Shown one piece after another: positions 1 to 7,834 of a DNA stretch of 56,512 bases. The first letter of the stretch is position 1, and each line of letters begins with the position of its first letter. The stretch is taken from the NCBI GenBank assembly GCA_903925955.1, contig CAIYHO010000279.1, forward strand, positions 1-56,512, given 5' to 3'. The notes under the pieces were generated by a model. That model saw only the letters and a program-made list of their open reading frames with translations. It was not told the DNA's origin and did no database searches. The position numbers were made by a program, and so were the translations under genes. The DNA comes from an uncultured Chloroflexota bacterium. Lineage in GTDB: Bacteria > Chloroflexota > Limnocylindria > Limnocylindrales > CSP1-4.

Positions 1-277
1 GTGAGAGGGCCATCGGATTGATCTCCTCGTCGTGAACCTTGGTCGGAACACGCTGAGGATCACACCGGTGGCCCCTGACTGTCCGGCTCAGCCGGCGCCA
101 GGAGCCTCGCTCAAATCACACCACTCGGGGGGACACGCCTGGTTGGCGTGCAGGGTTCGCACCCCGAAGCGCCACCTAGGCGCGCCGACCATGCTGGCCG
201 ACACCCATCCTGAGTCTGGGCTGGGTCAGAGGCCGTCCGAGCCCGCCGCGACCCCTCAGCCCGCCGCGGAGCCGGTC

Positions 278-946
278 TCAGCCCGACGCCAGTCCTGGCC
301 AGCGGTCCCCTAGCCGTGCCAGGGCCGCTACAGCCCCGGCCAGCACGTCATCGGGCGCCCCGGCAGCGTCCACCACCACATAGCGCCCGGGCTCAGCAGC
401 AGCAAAACCCAGGAACGTCGCCCGCACCCGCTCGTGGTACGCCACGTCGTGGTACGCCTCAAAGCGCGTCATCTCGTCGGACTTGCGCGCGAGACCCACC
501 TCCACAGGCAGATCCAGCAGGATCGTCAGGTCTGGCAGCAGCCCGCCCGTGGCGAAGTGCTGCACCGCGCGCAGCTCGTCCATCGGCACGCCGGAGCCGC
601 CGCCCTGGTATGCCAGCGACGAGTCCGCGTAGCGGTCACACAGCACCGCGGCACCTCGGGCGATCGCGGGGCGGATCACTTCCGCCACGTGCTGGGCGCG
701 CGACGCCGCAAACAGGAGCGCATCGGCTTCGCCTGAGTGGTCAATCTTGGGCTCGGTGTCCAGCAGGAGCGCGCGGATCCGCTCCCCCAGCGGCGTGGAA
801 CCGGGCTCGCGCGTGGTCACCACGTCAAAGCCGCGGGCGCGCAACACAGCGGCCAGATGCGGCATCAGGCTGGACTTGCCCGAGCCGTCGGGGCCCTCAA
901 GCGTGATGAACGGCCCGCGCGCGGCGGCCTGCAATGGGTGACTCAC
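278..946 (-). CDS. tmk: thymidylate (dTMP) kinase
   Basis: P-loop FITLEGPDGSGKSS and DRYADSSLAYQG region. The track ORF is 278..1030; I trimmed the start to the GTG at 946, just upstream of the P-loop. Start is uncertain. Confidence 0.85.
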   Translation of the reverse strand: MSHPLQAAARGPFITLEGPDGSGKSSLMPHLAAVLRARGFDVVTTREPGSTPLGERIRALLLDTEPKIDHSGEADALLFAASRAQHVAEVIRPAIARGAAVLCDRYADSSLAYQGGGSGVPMDELRAVQHFATGGLLPDLTILLDLPVEVGLARKSDEMTRFEAYHDVAYHERVRATFLGFAAAEPGRYVVVDAAGAPDDVLAGAVAALARLGDRWPGLASG

Positions 947-983
947 CCGGCGAGTGTAGGCGACCGCGGCCGGCCCAACCGCC

Positions 984-1337
984 TCAGTACTGCGGGACGT
1001 GTGCCAGCTTCTCGCGCCAGAGCGCCTCAAGCGAGGCGAGGTCCGCAGTGACCTGCGCCAGCGTCATCTCGGGCCGCAGGTCGATGACGTCAAGAACCAC
1101 AAGCTCGATAACCGCCATGCCGTGGGTCCGCGCGTCCGCCGCCATCCGCTGGTCCAGCACGGAGGCAGAGCCAGTGGAGCGCCCAAAGTCAATCTTGTTG
1201 CGCACGCTTGCCAGATCACGCGATGAGTCGATGAGGATCTTGCCCGTCGCCTGGTTGCGCAGCATGTAGACGCCCGCCTCGGTGATGCGCAGGCGGTATA
1301 CCTCGCCGTGTTCGCGCCGCCCATCGCGATCCGTCAC
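984..1337 (-). CDS. small GIY-YIG-like protein (uncharacterised)
   Basis: N-terminal GVYMLRNQATGKILIDSSRDLASVRNKIDF resembles a degenerate GIY-(x10)-YIG/R core. ATGA overlap with the upstream membrane-protein gene. Confidence 0.4.
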   Translation of the reverse strand: MTDRDGRREHGEVYRLRITEAGVYMLRNQATGKILIDSSRDLASVRNKIDFGRSTGSASVLDQRMAADARTHGMAVIELVVLDVIDLRPEMTLAQVTADLASLEALWREKLAHVPQY

Positions 1338-1765
1338 GACTTCGCCTCCTCAGCCCGCTCGGCTCGCCCGGCCCGCATGGCCCGCAGCCACCTCAGGGCC
1401 ATCCCGCTGGCAAATCCGGTGGCAATGAGGACCGGGAAGACGATGAAGATCGCCCCCCAGCCGTCGCCGGGCTCTTGGCCCACGGCAAGCGCGGGCACGT
1501 ACCAGATGGCGAAACCGCTCACGGCGCCAAGCAGCGCGATTGGCCGACGCGCCGCCAAGGCAGCGATCAAGCCAAGGACAACCGGGACAAGGAGGAGCGC
1601 CTCGCTCTCGGGCCGGATCAGGATCACGAGGAACCAGCCACCAAAGGCGATGCCGAAGCCGAGCAGGAAGGGTCGCAGTTGGTTGCGCATGACGTGGAGC
1701 GTACCGGGGGCGGCGCGGTCGTCAAGGGCTCGCGACCAGGCCCCGTCTGCGCGCTGGCCCGCCAC
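1334..1765 (-). CDS. hypothetical integral membrane protein
   Basis: 143-aa ORF with 3-4 hydrophobic helices (FLLGFGIAFGGWFLVILI, LLLVPVVLGLIAALAA, IFIVFPVLIATGFASGMAL). Translationally coupled to the next gene. Confidence 0.5.
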   Translation of the reverse strand: MAGQRADGAWSRALDDRAAPGTLHVMRNQLRPFLLGFGIAFGGWFLVILIRPESEALLLVPVVLGLIAALAARRPIALLGAVSGFAIWYVPALAVGQEPGDGWGAIFIVFPVLIATGFASGMALRWLRAMRAGRAERAEEAKS

Positions 1766-1774
1766 CTGCGGACG

Positions 1775-1891
1775 CCTGAGTCAGGCTGGACTCAAGGGGG
1801 CGGTCGGCGTGCAGGGGCCGAAGCGCAGAAGTGCGTATCGCGGCGCGGGCCACGCTCCGGAGGTGGCCCCTTGAGTCTGGGCTGACTCAGG
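1775..1891 (-). terminator. long imperfect inverted repeat downstream of the hydrogenase operon
   Basis: Arm CCTGAGTCAGGCTGGACTCAAGGGGG (1775-1800) against arm CCCCTTGAGTCTGGGCTGACTCAGG (1867-1891). It lies between the stop of the protease gene (1952) and the start of the next minus-strand gene (1765). No U-tract. Confidence 0.35.
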
Positions 1892-1941
1892 CGCTGACTC
1901 AGGCGCCGGCTCAGGCGCCGGCTCAGGCGCCGGCTCGGTCA
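1882..1941. repeat. 12-nt tandem repeat, 5 units
   Basis: CTGACTCAGGCG x2, CCGGCTCAGGCG x2 and CCGGCTCGGTCA, head to tail, in an intergenic region. Confidence 0.9.
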
Positions 1942-1951
1942 ACCGGGGGCG

Positions 1952-2455
1952 TCAGCCTGCGGCCGCGTCCTCGCGCTGCCAGGTTGCGAGGTAGCGCAGC
2001 AGCTCCTGGATCAGCCCTGGGAACGCGGCGGCCACCGGCGGCGTGAGGTCCAGCCCCAGACCAATGACCAGCGGCTCAAGCCCGATCACGCGGACCCTGC
2101 GCGGCCACTGCTCCATCACGTAGAGCGCGCCAAGCAGCTCGCCTGCGCCCAAGTCGTGGACGCTCATCACCACGTCCTTGCGGATGACGTCCACACCGTC
2201 AAGGTCAATCAGGTCGCCAGGCTCACGGTTGTTGTTGATCACGTCAACAACCAGCAGCCCATCGAGGCCCGTCAGATACGGCATCAGCCCCAGGCCAACC
2301 GTGCCGCCGTCAATCAGCTCCACGGTGTCGGGCGCGGGCAGGCTGCCCAGCAGTGAGGCGTCGGTGCGGAGCTTCTCGATGACAAGGGCGCCAAGCGCCT
2401 CGTCCTGCTCCAGCCGGTTGCCAAGGCCAAGGACGCCATAGCGGCGGTCAGTCAC
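1952..2455 (-). CDS. hupD: [NiFe]-hydrogenase maturation endopeptidase (HyaD/HupD type)
   Basis: VLGLGNRLEQDEALG N-terminus, VELIDGGTVGL, LLVVDVI and SVHDLG motifs typical of the family. Last gene of the hydrogenase operon. Confidence 0.8.
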   Translation of the reverse strand: MTDRRYGVLGLGNRLEQDEALGALVIEKLRTDASLLGSLPAPDTVELIDGGTVGLGLMPYLTGLDGLLVVDVINNNREPGDLIDLDGVDVIRKDVVMSVHDLGAGELLGALYVMEQWPRRVRVIGLEPLVIGLGLDLTPPVAAAFPGLIQELLRYLATWQREDAAAG

Positions 2456-2547
2456 GTGGGGACGCCTCCAGGGTGCGCGGGCCGCAGACCCGCTGATCGT
2501 GCGTGATAGGTGCGCGAATTGCCTAGGACCGGTCGAGGCGCCGAGGC

Positions 2548-2898
2548 CTACGCCCAGCGCATCACGGCTTCAATCTGGTGACCACCCTTGTCGGGCAGCG
2601 GCCAGCCGCATTCGGCGCAGAAGGGGTGTTCAGAACTGACCTGATTGGACACCTCGCACAGGAGGCACACCACCGGGTCTGCGATGACGGAGATCTCCAC
2701 GTCCCCCAAGCCTCGGGCAAGCAGCGCCAGTTCGGCATGCATACGCGCGGACTCGGGCGAGATGTGGATGGGGTCGCGGACGATGATCTCGAAGGAAACA
2801 GGACGGGCCCCGGACGTGCCGGGGCCCGTTGATCCCTCCAGTCCGCCAGCCGCCAGCGCCTCAGCGACGGCAGCGGCCAGCAGGCCGGCTTCATGCAT
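2548..2898 (-). CDS. hypA: hydrogenase nickel-insertion protein HypA
   Basis: N-terminal MHE nickel motif plus CLLC...CAEC zinc ribbon. ATGA overlap with the cytochrome b gene. Confidence 0.8.
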   Translation of the reverse strand: MHEAGLLAAAVAEALAAGGLEGSTGPGTSGARPVSFEIIVRDPIHISPESARMHAELALLARGLGDVEISVIADPVVCLLCEVSNQVSSEHPFCAECGWPLPDKGGHQIEAVMRWA

Positions 2899-3683
2899 CA
2901 GCCGTTCTTCTCCTGCTCGCGGGCCTTCTCCTCAGGGGCATCGCCAACGAGGCCGCGGGCCTCGACGGTCTTGCCAATCTGAATGTTCTTGTAGCCGCTG
3001 AACATGGAGGACAACACGCCGTTTCGCTCCTCGATGTCCACAAGCACCGCGCTGTAGACGTGGTGGATGGCGAACGCGAGGAACAGGAACGTCAGGATGT
3101 TGTGGAGGAGTCGGACGGTCTGGATGCCGCCCGGAACGAGACCACTCCACCCGAAGAGCAGGTGGATGGGCCCGGTCTGCATGATCCAGCCAAACAGCAG
3201 GAGCCCGGTGATGACCTGGGCAAACAGGCCGACGGACACGATGGTGTACGCAAGCCCGGCCAGGTGGTTGTGACCCGTGTACGGAACCGGGTGCCGGCTC
3301 CGGAACGAGTAGTACTTCATCATCTGGCCCATCCAGTAGAACTGCTCGCGGCGGTGCGGGATGATCTGGCGCCAGCTGGCAAAGCTGTTGCCAACGAAGC
3401 CCCAGTAGAACCGCACAGCCACGGACAGGCTGAAGATGATCGCGAAGATCTCGTGCCAGTAGCGGACGGTGGCCATCATCGATGACGCATCCGTGGGCTT
3501 GGACGGCACCAGATACGGGGCGTGGATGTACAGGCCGGACGCGGCGAGCACCATGATCGAGATGACGATCAACCAGTGGGTGACCCGGACCGGGACCTCC
3601 CACACGTAGATCGGCATCGAGCCAATCACGCCCTCGGCATCAGCCGGCGGGTTGCGGTCAACGTGCTGCGGGATGGCGGCCAT
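2898..3683 (-). CDS. hupC: Ni/Fe-hydrogenase b-type cytochrome subunit
   Basis: Four-helix membrane protein: VRVTHWLIVISIMVLAASGLYIH, HEIFAIIFSLSV, HNHLAGLAYTIV, HNILTFLFLAFAIHHVY. Start trimmed to the ATG at 3683, which forms an ATGA overlap with the hupL stop. Confidence 0.8.
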   Translation of the reverse strand: MAAIPQHVDRNPPADAEGVIGSMPIYVWEVPVRVTHWLIVISIMVLAASGLYIHAPYLVPSKPTDASSMMATVRYWHEIFAIIFSLSVAVRFYWGFVGNSFASWRQIIPHRREQFYWMGQMMKYYSFRSRHPVPYTGHNHLAGLAYTIVSVGLFAQVITGLLLFGWIMQTGPIHLLFGWSGLVPGGIQTVRLLHNILTFLFLAFAIHHVYSAVLVDIEERNGVLSSMFSGYKNIQIGKTVEARGLVGDAPEEKAREQEKNG

Positions 3684-5389
3684 CACCGCACCTCGACGCG
3701 CACCCGCTCCGTGCCCGTGGCGTCCACAACGTGGACCGCGCAGGCGAGGCACGGGTCGAACGAGTGGATGGTCCGCAGCAACTCCAGCGGGCGGTCCGGG
3801 TCCGCAACCGGGGTGCCCTCAAGGGACGCCTCGTACGGGCCGGGTACGCCGTCAGCGTCGCGCGGGCCTGCGTTCCAGGTGGACGGAACGACCGCCTGGT
3901 AGTTCTCGATCTTCTTGTCCTTGATCTTGATCCAGTGGCCAAGCGCGCCACGCGGCGCCTCGTGGAAGCCCCAGCCCTCGGCCTCAGCGGGCCAGGTGGA
4001 GGGATCCCACTTCTCGCCGTTGTGGATGCGCAGATCGCCGGACTCGATGTTGGCGGACAGGGCGGCGAGCCACTCGTCCATCTTGTCAAGCATGTACACG
4101 GTCTCAAGCGCCCGGGCCGCAACGCGGCCAAGGGTTGAGAACAGCGCACCCGGCTCAAGCTTGAGCTCGGTCAGCGCCCCGTTGACGATCTCCTGCACCC
4201 GGGCGTTCCCGGAGGCGTAGGCGACCAGCATCCGGGCGAGCGGGCCAACCTCCATGGGCTTGCCGTCGTAGCGAGGCGACTTGAGCCAGGAGTACTGGGC
4301 GTCCGTGTTGAGCGCGTCGTACGGCGGCGTGGGGCCGGTGTACTTGGGGATGGTCTGGCCGTCCCACGGGTGCAGCGCCTTATCGGCACCCTCGTACGTG
4401 TAGTACGAGTGCGCGATGGCCTCGGTGATCTTCTTCTGGTCAAGCTTGACCACATTGGCAAGGTCGCCGCCGACGATGATGCCGCGGTTGAACGCGAACT
4501 TTGACTCGTCGGTTCGGTTGCCCGACTGCATCGCGCCGTAGGCGAGATAGTTCTTGTGGCCCGCGCCGATCTTCCACCACTCCGGGTAGAACGATGCAAC
4601 CGCCTTGACGTCCGGGACGTAGACCTGCTCCACGAAGTCGCGCATCTGCTTGATGCGCTCTGCGATAAAGCCCATCCGCTCCCAGTTGATGACGTTGGGC
4701 GAGTTGGGATCAACGGCCGCTGCCATGCCGCCCACCAGATAGGTCTGGAGGTGCGGGTTCTTGCCGCCGAGGACCGCGTGGATCTTGATGACCTCACGCT
4801 GCCACTCGAGCGCCTCGAGGTAGTGCGCGACGGCCATGAGGTCCGCCTCGGGCGGCAGGGCGTAGGCCGGGTGGCCCCAGTAGCCGCTGGCCATGAGGCT
4901 CAGCTGACCGGAGTCAACCAGCTTCTTCACGCGCGCCTGAACGCCCTTGAAGTACTCCGTGGAGCTCTTCGGCCAGGGCGAGAGTGACTGCGCAAGCTTG
5001 CTGGTGGCCTCGGGGTCAGCCTTGAGGGCGCCCGTGACGTCTACCCAGTCCAGCGCGTGCAGGTGATAAAAGTGGATGACGTGGTCCTGGATGTACTGGG
5101 CGCCCGCGATCAGGTCCCGGATCAGCGCCGCGTTCGGCGGGATCTCGATGCCCAGCGCGTCTTCCACCGCGTACACCGAGGTGTGCGCATGGACGCTGGT
5201 GCAGACGCCGCAGATCCGCTGGGTCCAGATCCACGCCTCGCGCGGATCCTTGCCCTTGAGGATGAGCTCGATGCCACGGAACATCGTGCCCGAGGAATAC
5301 GCGGCGGTCACCTTGCCGCCGTCAACCTTGGCCTCGATCCGGAGGTGCCCTTCAATCCTGGTGACAGGATCAATGACGATATTGGCCAT
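3683..5389 (-). CDS. hupL: [NiFe]-hydrogenase large subunit
   Basis: RIEGHLRIE and RICGVCTSVH (N-terminal CxxC), C-terminal DPCLACAVH followed by a 15-aa tail that is the protease substrate. Confidence 0.95.
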   Translation of the reverse strand: MANIVIDPVTRIEGHLRIEAKVDGGKVTAAYSSGTMFRGIELILKGKDPREAWIWTQRICGVCTSVHAHTSVYAVEDALGIEIPPNAALIRDLIAGAQYIQDHVIHFYHLHALDWVDVTGALKADPEATSKLAQSLSPWPKSSTEYFKGVQARVKKLVDSGQLSLMASGYWGHPAYALPPEADLMAVAHYLEALEWQREVIKIHAVLGGKNPHLQTYLVGGMAAAVDPNSPNVINWERMGFIAERIKQMRDFVEQVYVPDVKAVASFYPEWWKIGAGHKNYLAYGAMQSGNRTDESKFAFNRGIIVGGDLANVVKLDQKKITEAIAHSYYTYEGADKALHPWDGQTIPKYTGPTPPYDALNTDAQYSWLKSPRYDGKPMEVGPLARMLVAYASGNARVQEIVNGALTELKLEPGALFSTLGRVAARALETVYMLDKMDEWLAALSANIESGDLRIHNGEKWDPSTWPAEAEGWGFHEAPRGALGHWIKIKDKKIENYQAVVPSTWNAGPRDADGVPGPYEASLEGTPVADPDRPLELLRTIHSFDPCLACAVHVVDATGTERVRVEVR

Positions 5390-5398
5390 CGTCCGCTC

Positions 5399-6607
5399 CT
5401 ACGCGCTGGTGCCGGTGCCGGAAGACGGCGCGGCGGGGGTGGACTCAGGGACGACCGTGCCATCCGGTCCGATGGTGGCCTTGCCGCGCTCACGCGCCCG
5501 GCGGGCAATAACGCCGCCGGCGTGGGCCGCTGTGGCCACGGCCACAAAGCCCATGGCGCCCAGGCCGATGGTCTGCGCGTCAACGTCAACGCCAAACATC
5601 TTGACGCCGGGGAGCCGGTCGTAGAACGGGCTCATGCGCTCCCAGAAACGCGGGGAGGCGCAGGCGATACAGCCGTGGCCGGCCCCGATGGGCCAGTTGG
5701 TGCCCTCGTTCCAGCGCACGATGGGGCAGTTGTAGGTTGCCTGCGGCCCCTTGCAGCCCATCTTGTAGAGGCACCAGCCGTTGCGGTGGCCCTCATCGCC
5801 CCAGGTCTCAACGAAGCGGCCGGCGTCAAAGTTGGCGCGGCGCTCGCACTGGTCGTGGATCAGGTGGCCGTACGCAAACAGCGGGCGGTTGTAGCTGTCG
5901 AGGGCGGGTGCGTCGCCGAACGTCAGGTAGTGGACCAGCACGGCGGCCGTGTTGGCCGCGTTGTGCGGGCAGCCGCCGAGGTTGATCAGGGCCTTGTTGC
6001 CGATGACTTCGCCAACGCCCACGGCGCCCGTGGGGCCAGAGCGCGGGAAGCCGCCGTCCCAGGCGCATGCGCCCACGGCGATGACGAGCGCTGCTTTAGA
6101 GGCAGACTCCTTGAGGATCTCGAGGGCCGTCTTGCCGCCGATGGTGCAGTAGATGCCGCCCTCGGCGGTGGGGATAGAGCCCTCGACGATGACGACGTAC
6201 GGCTCACCGCTGTTGATGACGTCCATGCGGGCCTTCTCGGCAGCAGCGCCGGCGCCCGCCATGATCGTCTCGTGGTACTCGAGCGAGATGGCGTCAAGGA
6301 CGATCTCGGCGATGGTGGGGTGGCTGGTGCGGAGCATGGACTCCGTGTTGCCTGCGCAGTCCTGGAACTCCAGCCAGATGACCCGCGGCAGCCGCTTCGT
6401 CTCAAGGGCGCTGACGATCTGCGGCGTCATCGACGCCGGCAGGGCCAGTAGCGCGGCCATCGCCGATGCGAAGCCGATAAACCGGCGGCGGCTGATGCCC
6501 TTGTCAACGAGGGCTGTCTGCAGCCAATTGCTCTCTTCGGCAGGGGGCGCAGAACCCGCCAGTTCACGCGGTTCGGGGCTCCTAGTGAGCCCGCCGGCAA
6601 CACCCAT
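5399..6607 (-). CDS. hupS: [NiFe]-hydrogenase small subunit with Tat signal
   Basis: Twin-arginine motif SRRRFIGFASA, FeS cysteine patterns (GCPHN, CIACASPRFW) and a C-terminal hydrophobic anchor GLGAMGFVAVATAAHAGGVIA. The exact start is uncertain. Confidence 0.9.
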   Translation of the reverse strand: MGVAGGLTRSPEPRELAGSAPPAEESNWLQTALVDKGISRRRFIGFASAMAALLALPASMTPQIVSALETKRLPRVIWLEFQDCAGNTESMLRTSHPTIAEIVLDAISLEYHETIMAGAGAAAEKARMDVINSGEPYVVIVEGSIPTAEGGIYCTIGGKTALEILKESASKAALVIAVGACAWDGGFPRSGPTGAVGVGEVIGNKALINLGGCPHNAANTAAVLVHYLTFGDAPALDSYNRPLFAYGHLIHDQCERRANFDAGRFVETWGDEGHRNGWCLYKMGCKGPQATYNCPIVRWNEGTNWPIGAGHGCIACASPRFWERMSPFYDRLPGVKMFGVDVDAQTIGLGAMGFVAVATAAHAGGVIARRARERGKATIGPDGTVVPESTPAAPSSGTGTSA

Positions 6608-6816
6608 CTCGTCTCCTCCAGCCCTCGGCGCTGTGACGACGCGGCAACGTCGCTCTGCGCTCTCGCACGTGCCCGGCGGCTTGCGTCAGCGGCCACCCAC
6701 TGGCCGCCGACGAACGCGGTCGTCGGATCTGCAAAGCCTCCGGGCCAACGGTCCCAAGCCGTAGTGTCATTCGGGGCCGTGCGAGGGGCCGAATGGCCTT
6801 CTCCCGATACAGGCGT

Positions 6817-6828
6817 AGGCATATGCCT
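6817..6828. promoter_or_regulatory. perfect 12-bp palindrome AGGCATATGCCT upstream of hupS
   Basis: AT-centred perfect palindrome about 210 bp upstream of the hupS start, in otherwise GC-rich DNA. Confidence 0.25.
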
Positions 6829-6880
6829 TGGGCGCGTGAGTTCGCCAGGAGGTGCCGTTCGGCCGCCCGGCGAGGGTCGC

Positions 6881-7078
6881 CGTTCCGTAGCACTCACCCC
6901 GGTGGTGGTACGCCATGGTCGGGAGCGCCAGTCCAGCCAGCCGTTCCTTACCACTCACCCCCGTGGTGGTACGGCCCCAGTGCCCGCCCCGCCGCGGTGA
7001 TTCCCGCCCTCCGGCGGGCGGCGCACGCGCTGGGGCCGGACCGGTCTGCCGCTAGCACTCACCCGGGTGGTGTTAAGG
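6881..7078 (-). repeat. three copies of a ~30-nt repeat with core CACTCACCC(C)GGTGGTG
   Basis: Copies are CGTTCCGTAGCACTCACCCCGGTGGTGGTACGCC (6881-6914), CCGTTCCTTACCACTCACCCCCGTGGTGGTACGGCC (about 6941-6976) and GCTAGCACTCACCCGGGTGGTGTTAAGG (7051-7078). Confidence 0.8.
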
Positions 7079-7740
7079 AACAGGAGGCCGCCGAGCTTGC
7101 CCGGCGCCGACGCTGATGGCGACTTGAGCCACGCACGGAGGTCCTTGCCGCGCATCGGGTAGACCGCCTCAAGCAGCTGGCTGAGACGGCTAACGCGACT
7201 GCGATTGCCAGAACTGTCCTCGACCACGAGGAGCCGCGCCACCACGGCGGGCCGGACGCCAAACCGCTCCAGACCAATCCCTGGCGCGAGCCGGACCTTG
7301 GTGTCATGGCGCCGAAGCATCTCCTCGGCCGAGGTGATCTCGGTCTTGATCTCCACCACCAACAGCGTCCGCGTTGCCGCGTGCCAGGCGAGCAGGTCGA
7401 TCGACCCGCGTTCGCCGAACACGGCATACGTCACCTCCGGAAGCACCTCCCAGCCGTGGTCCAGCAGCTGTTCGGCCGCAAGACCGCCGACGGCGGCATG
7501 GCCCTCGTCCAGCAGCCGGTCAAGCATGCCGCCATTCCAGAGGACGTTCAGAAACACCCGCGCATCGAGTGCTGCAAACAGCGCGGCAACCGTGTCCAGC
7601 GACATCGAGCCGGCGCGACCACCCTCCAGCCGAGCCACGAGCTGCTGGCTGACACCGGCCGACGCCGCCACGTCCGCCTGCCGTTTGCCCAAGTGGATGC
7701 GGATTGCGCGGTGCGCGCGGCCCAGCCGGATGAGATCCAT
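6955..7740 (-). CDS. XRE-family HTH domain fused to a PD-(D/E)xK nuclease-like domain
   Basis: N-terminal IRIHLGKRQADVAASAGVSQQLVARLEGG (HTH). Central GSIDLLAW...LLVVEIKTE (D...ExK). The C-terminal ~40 aa are encoded by the repeat array, so the true stop is uncertain. Confidence 0.65.
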   Translation of the reverse strand: MDLIRLGRAHRAIRIHLGKRQADVAASAGVSQQLVARLEGGRAGSMSLDTVAALFAALDARVFLNVLWNGGMLDRLLDEGHAAVGGLAAEQLLDHGWEVLPEVTYAVFGERGSIDLLAWHAATRTLLVVEIKTEITSAEEMLRRHDTKVRLAPGIGLERFGVRPAVVARLLVVEDSSGNRSRVSRLSQLLEAVYPMRGKDLRAWLKSPSASAPGKLGGLLFLNTTRVSASGRPVRPQRVRRPPEGGNHRGGAGTGAVPPRG

Positions 7741-7760
7741 GGCGTGACTATGGCGCCGGC

Positions 7761-7826
7761 CGCTTATGCGGCGCTTATGCGCCGCTTACCGGACGCTCAT
7801 CTGACACTTACCCGCACCTTGCTACC
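7761..7826. promoter_or_regulatory. 11-nt periodic repeat array in a divergent promoter region
   Basis: CGCTTATGCGG, CGCTTATGCGC, CGCTTACCGGA, CGCTCATCTGA, CACTTACCCGC and ACCTTGCTACC are contiguous. A CTTA-like core recurs every 11 nt between the HTH gene start (7740) and the tldD start (7835). Confidence 0.5.
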
Positions 7827-7834
7827 CTGCGCCT

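Noticed and set aside
140-200. tRNA/tmRNA-like T-arm (GGGTTCGCACCCC followed by GCGCCACC)
   Set aside because: I could not build a 5-bp T-stem, an acceptor stem or any other cloverleaf element on either strand, so the resemblance is limited to the GGTTCG core. The first 277 nt remain unassigned.
32-313. 93-aa plus-strand ORF at the window start
   Set aside because: The translation is low complexity (Pro/Ala/Gly-rich), there is no RBS or family resemblance, and it overlaps the tmk 3' end. It is probably non-coding.
1952-6607. High-affinity atmospheric-H2 (group 1h/5) hydrogenase
   Set aside because: Group 1h enzymes lack a Tat signal and a dedicated cytochrome b. This operon has both, so a conventional membrane-bound group-1 enzyme is more likely. 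The subgroup cannot be set without phylogeny.
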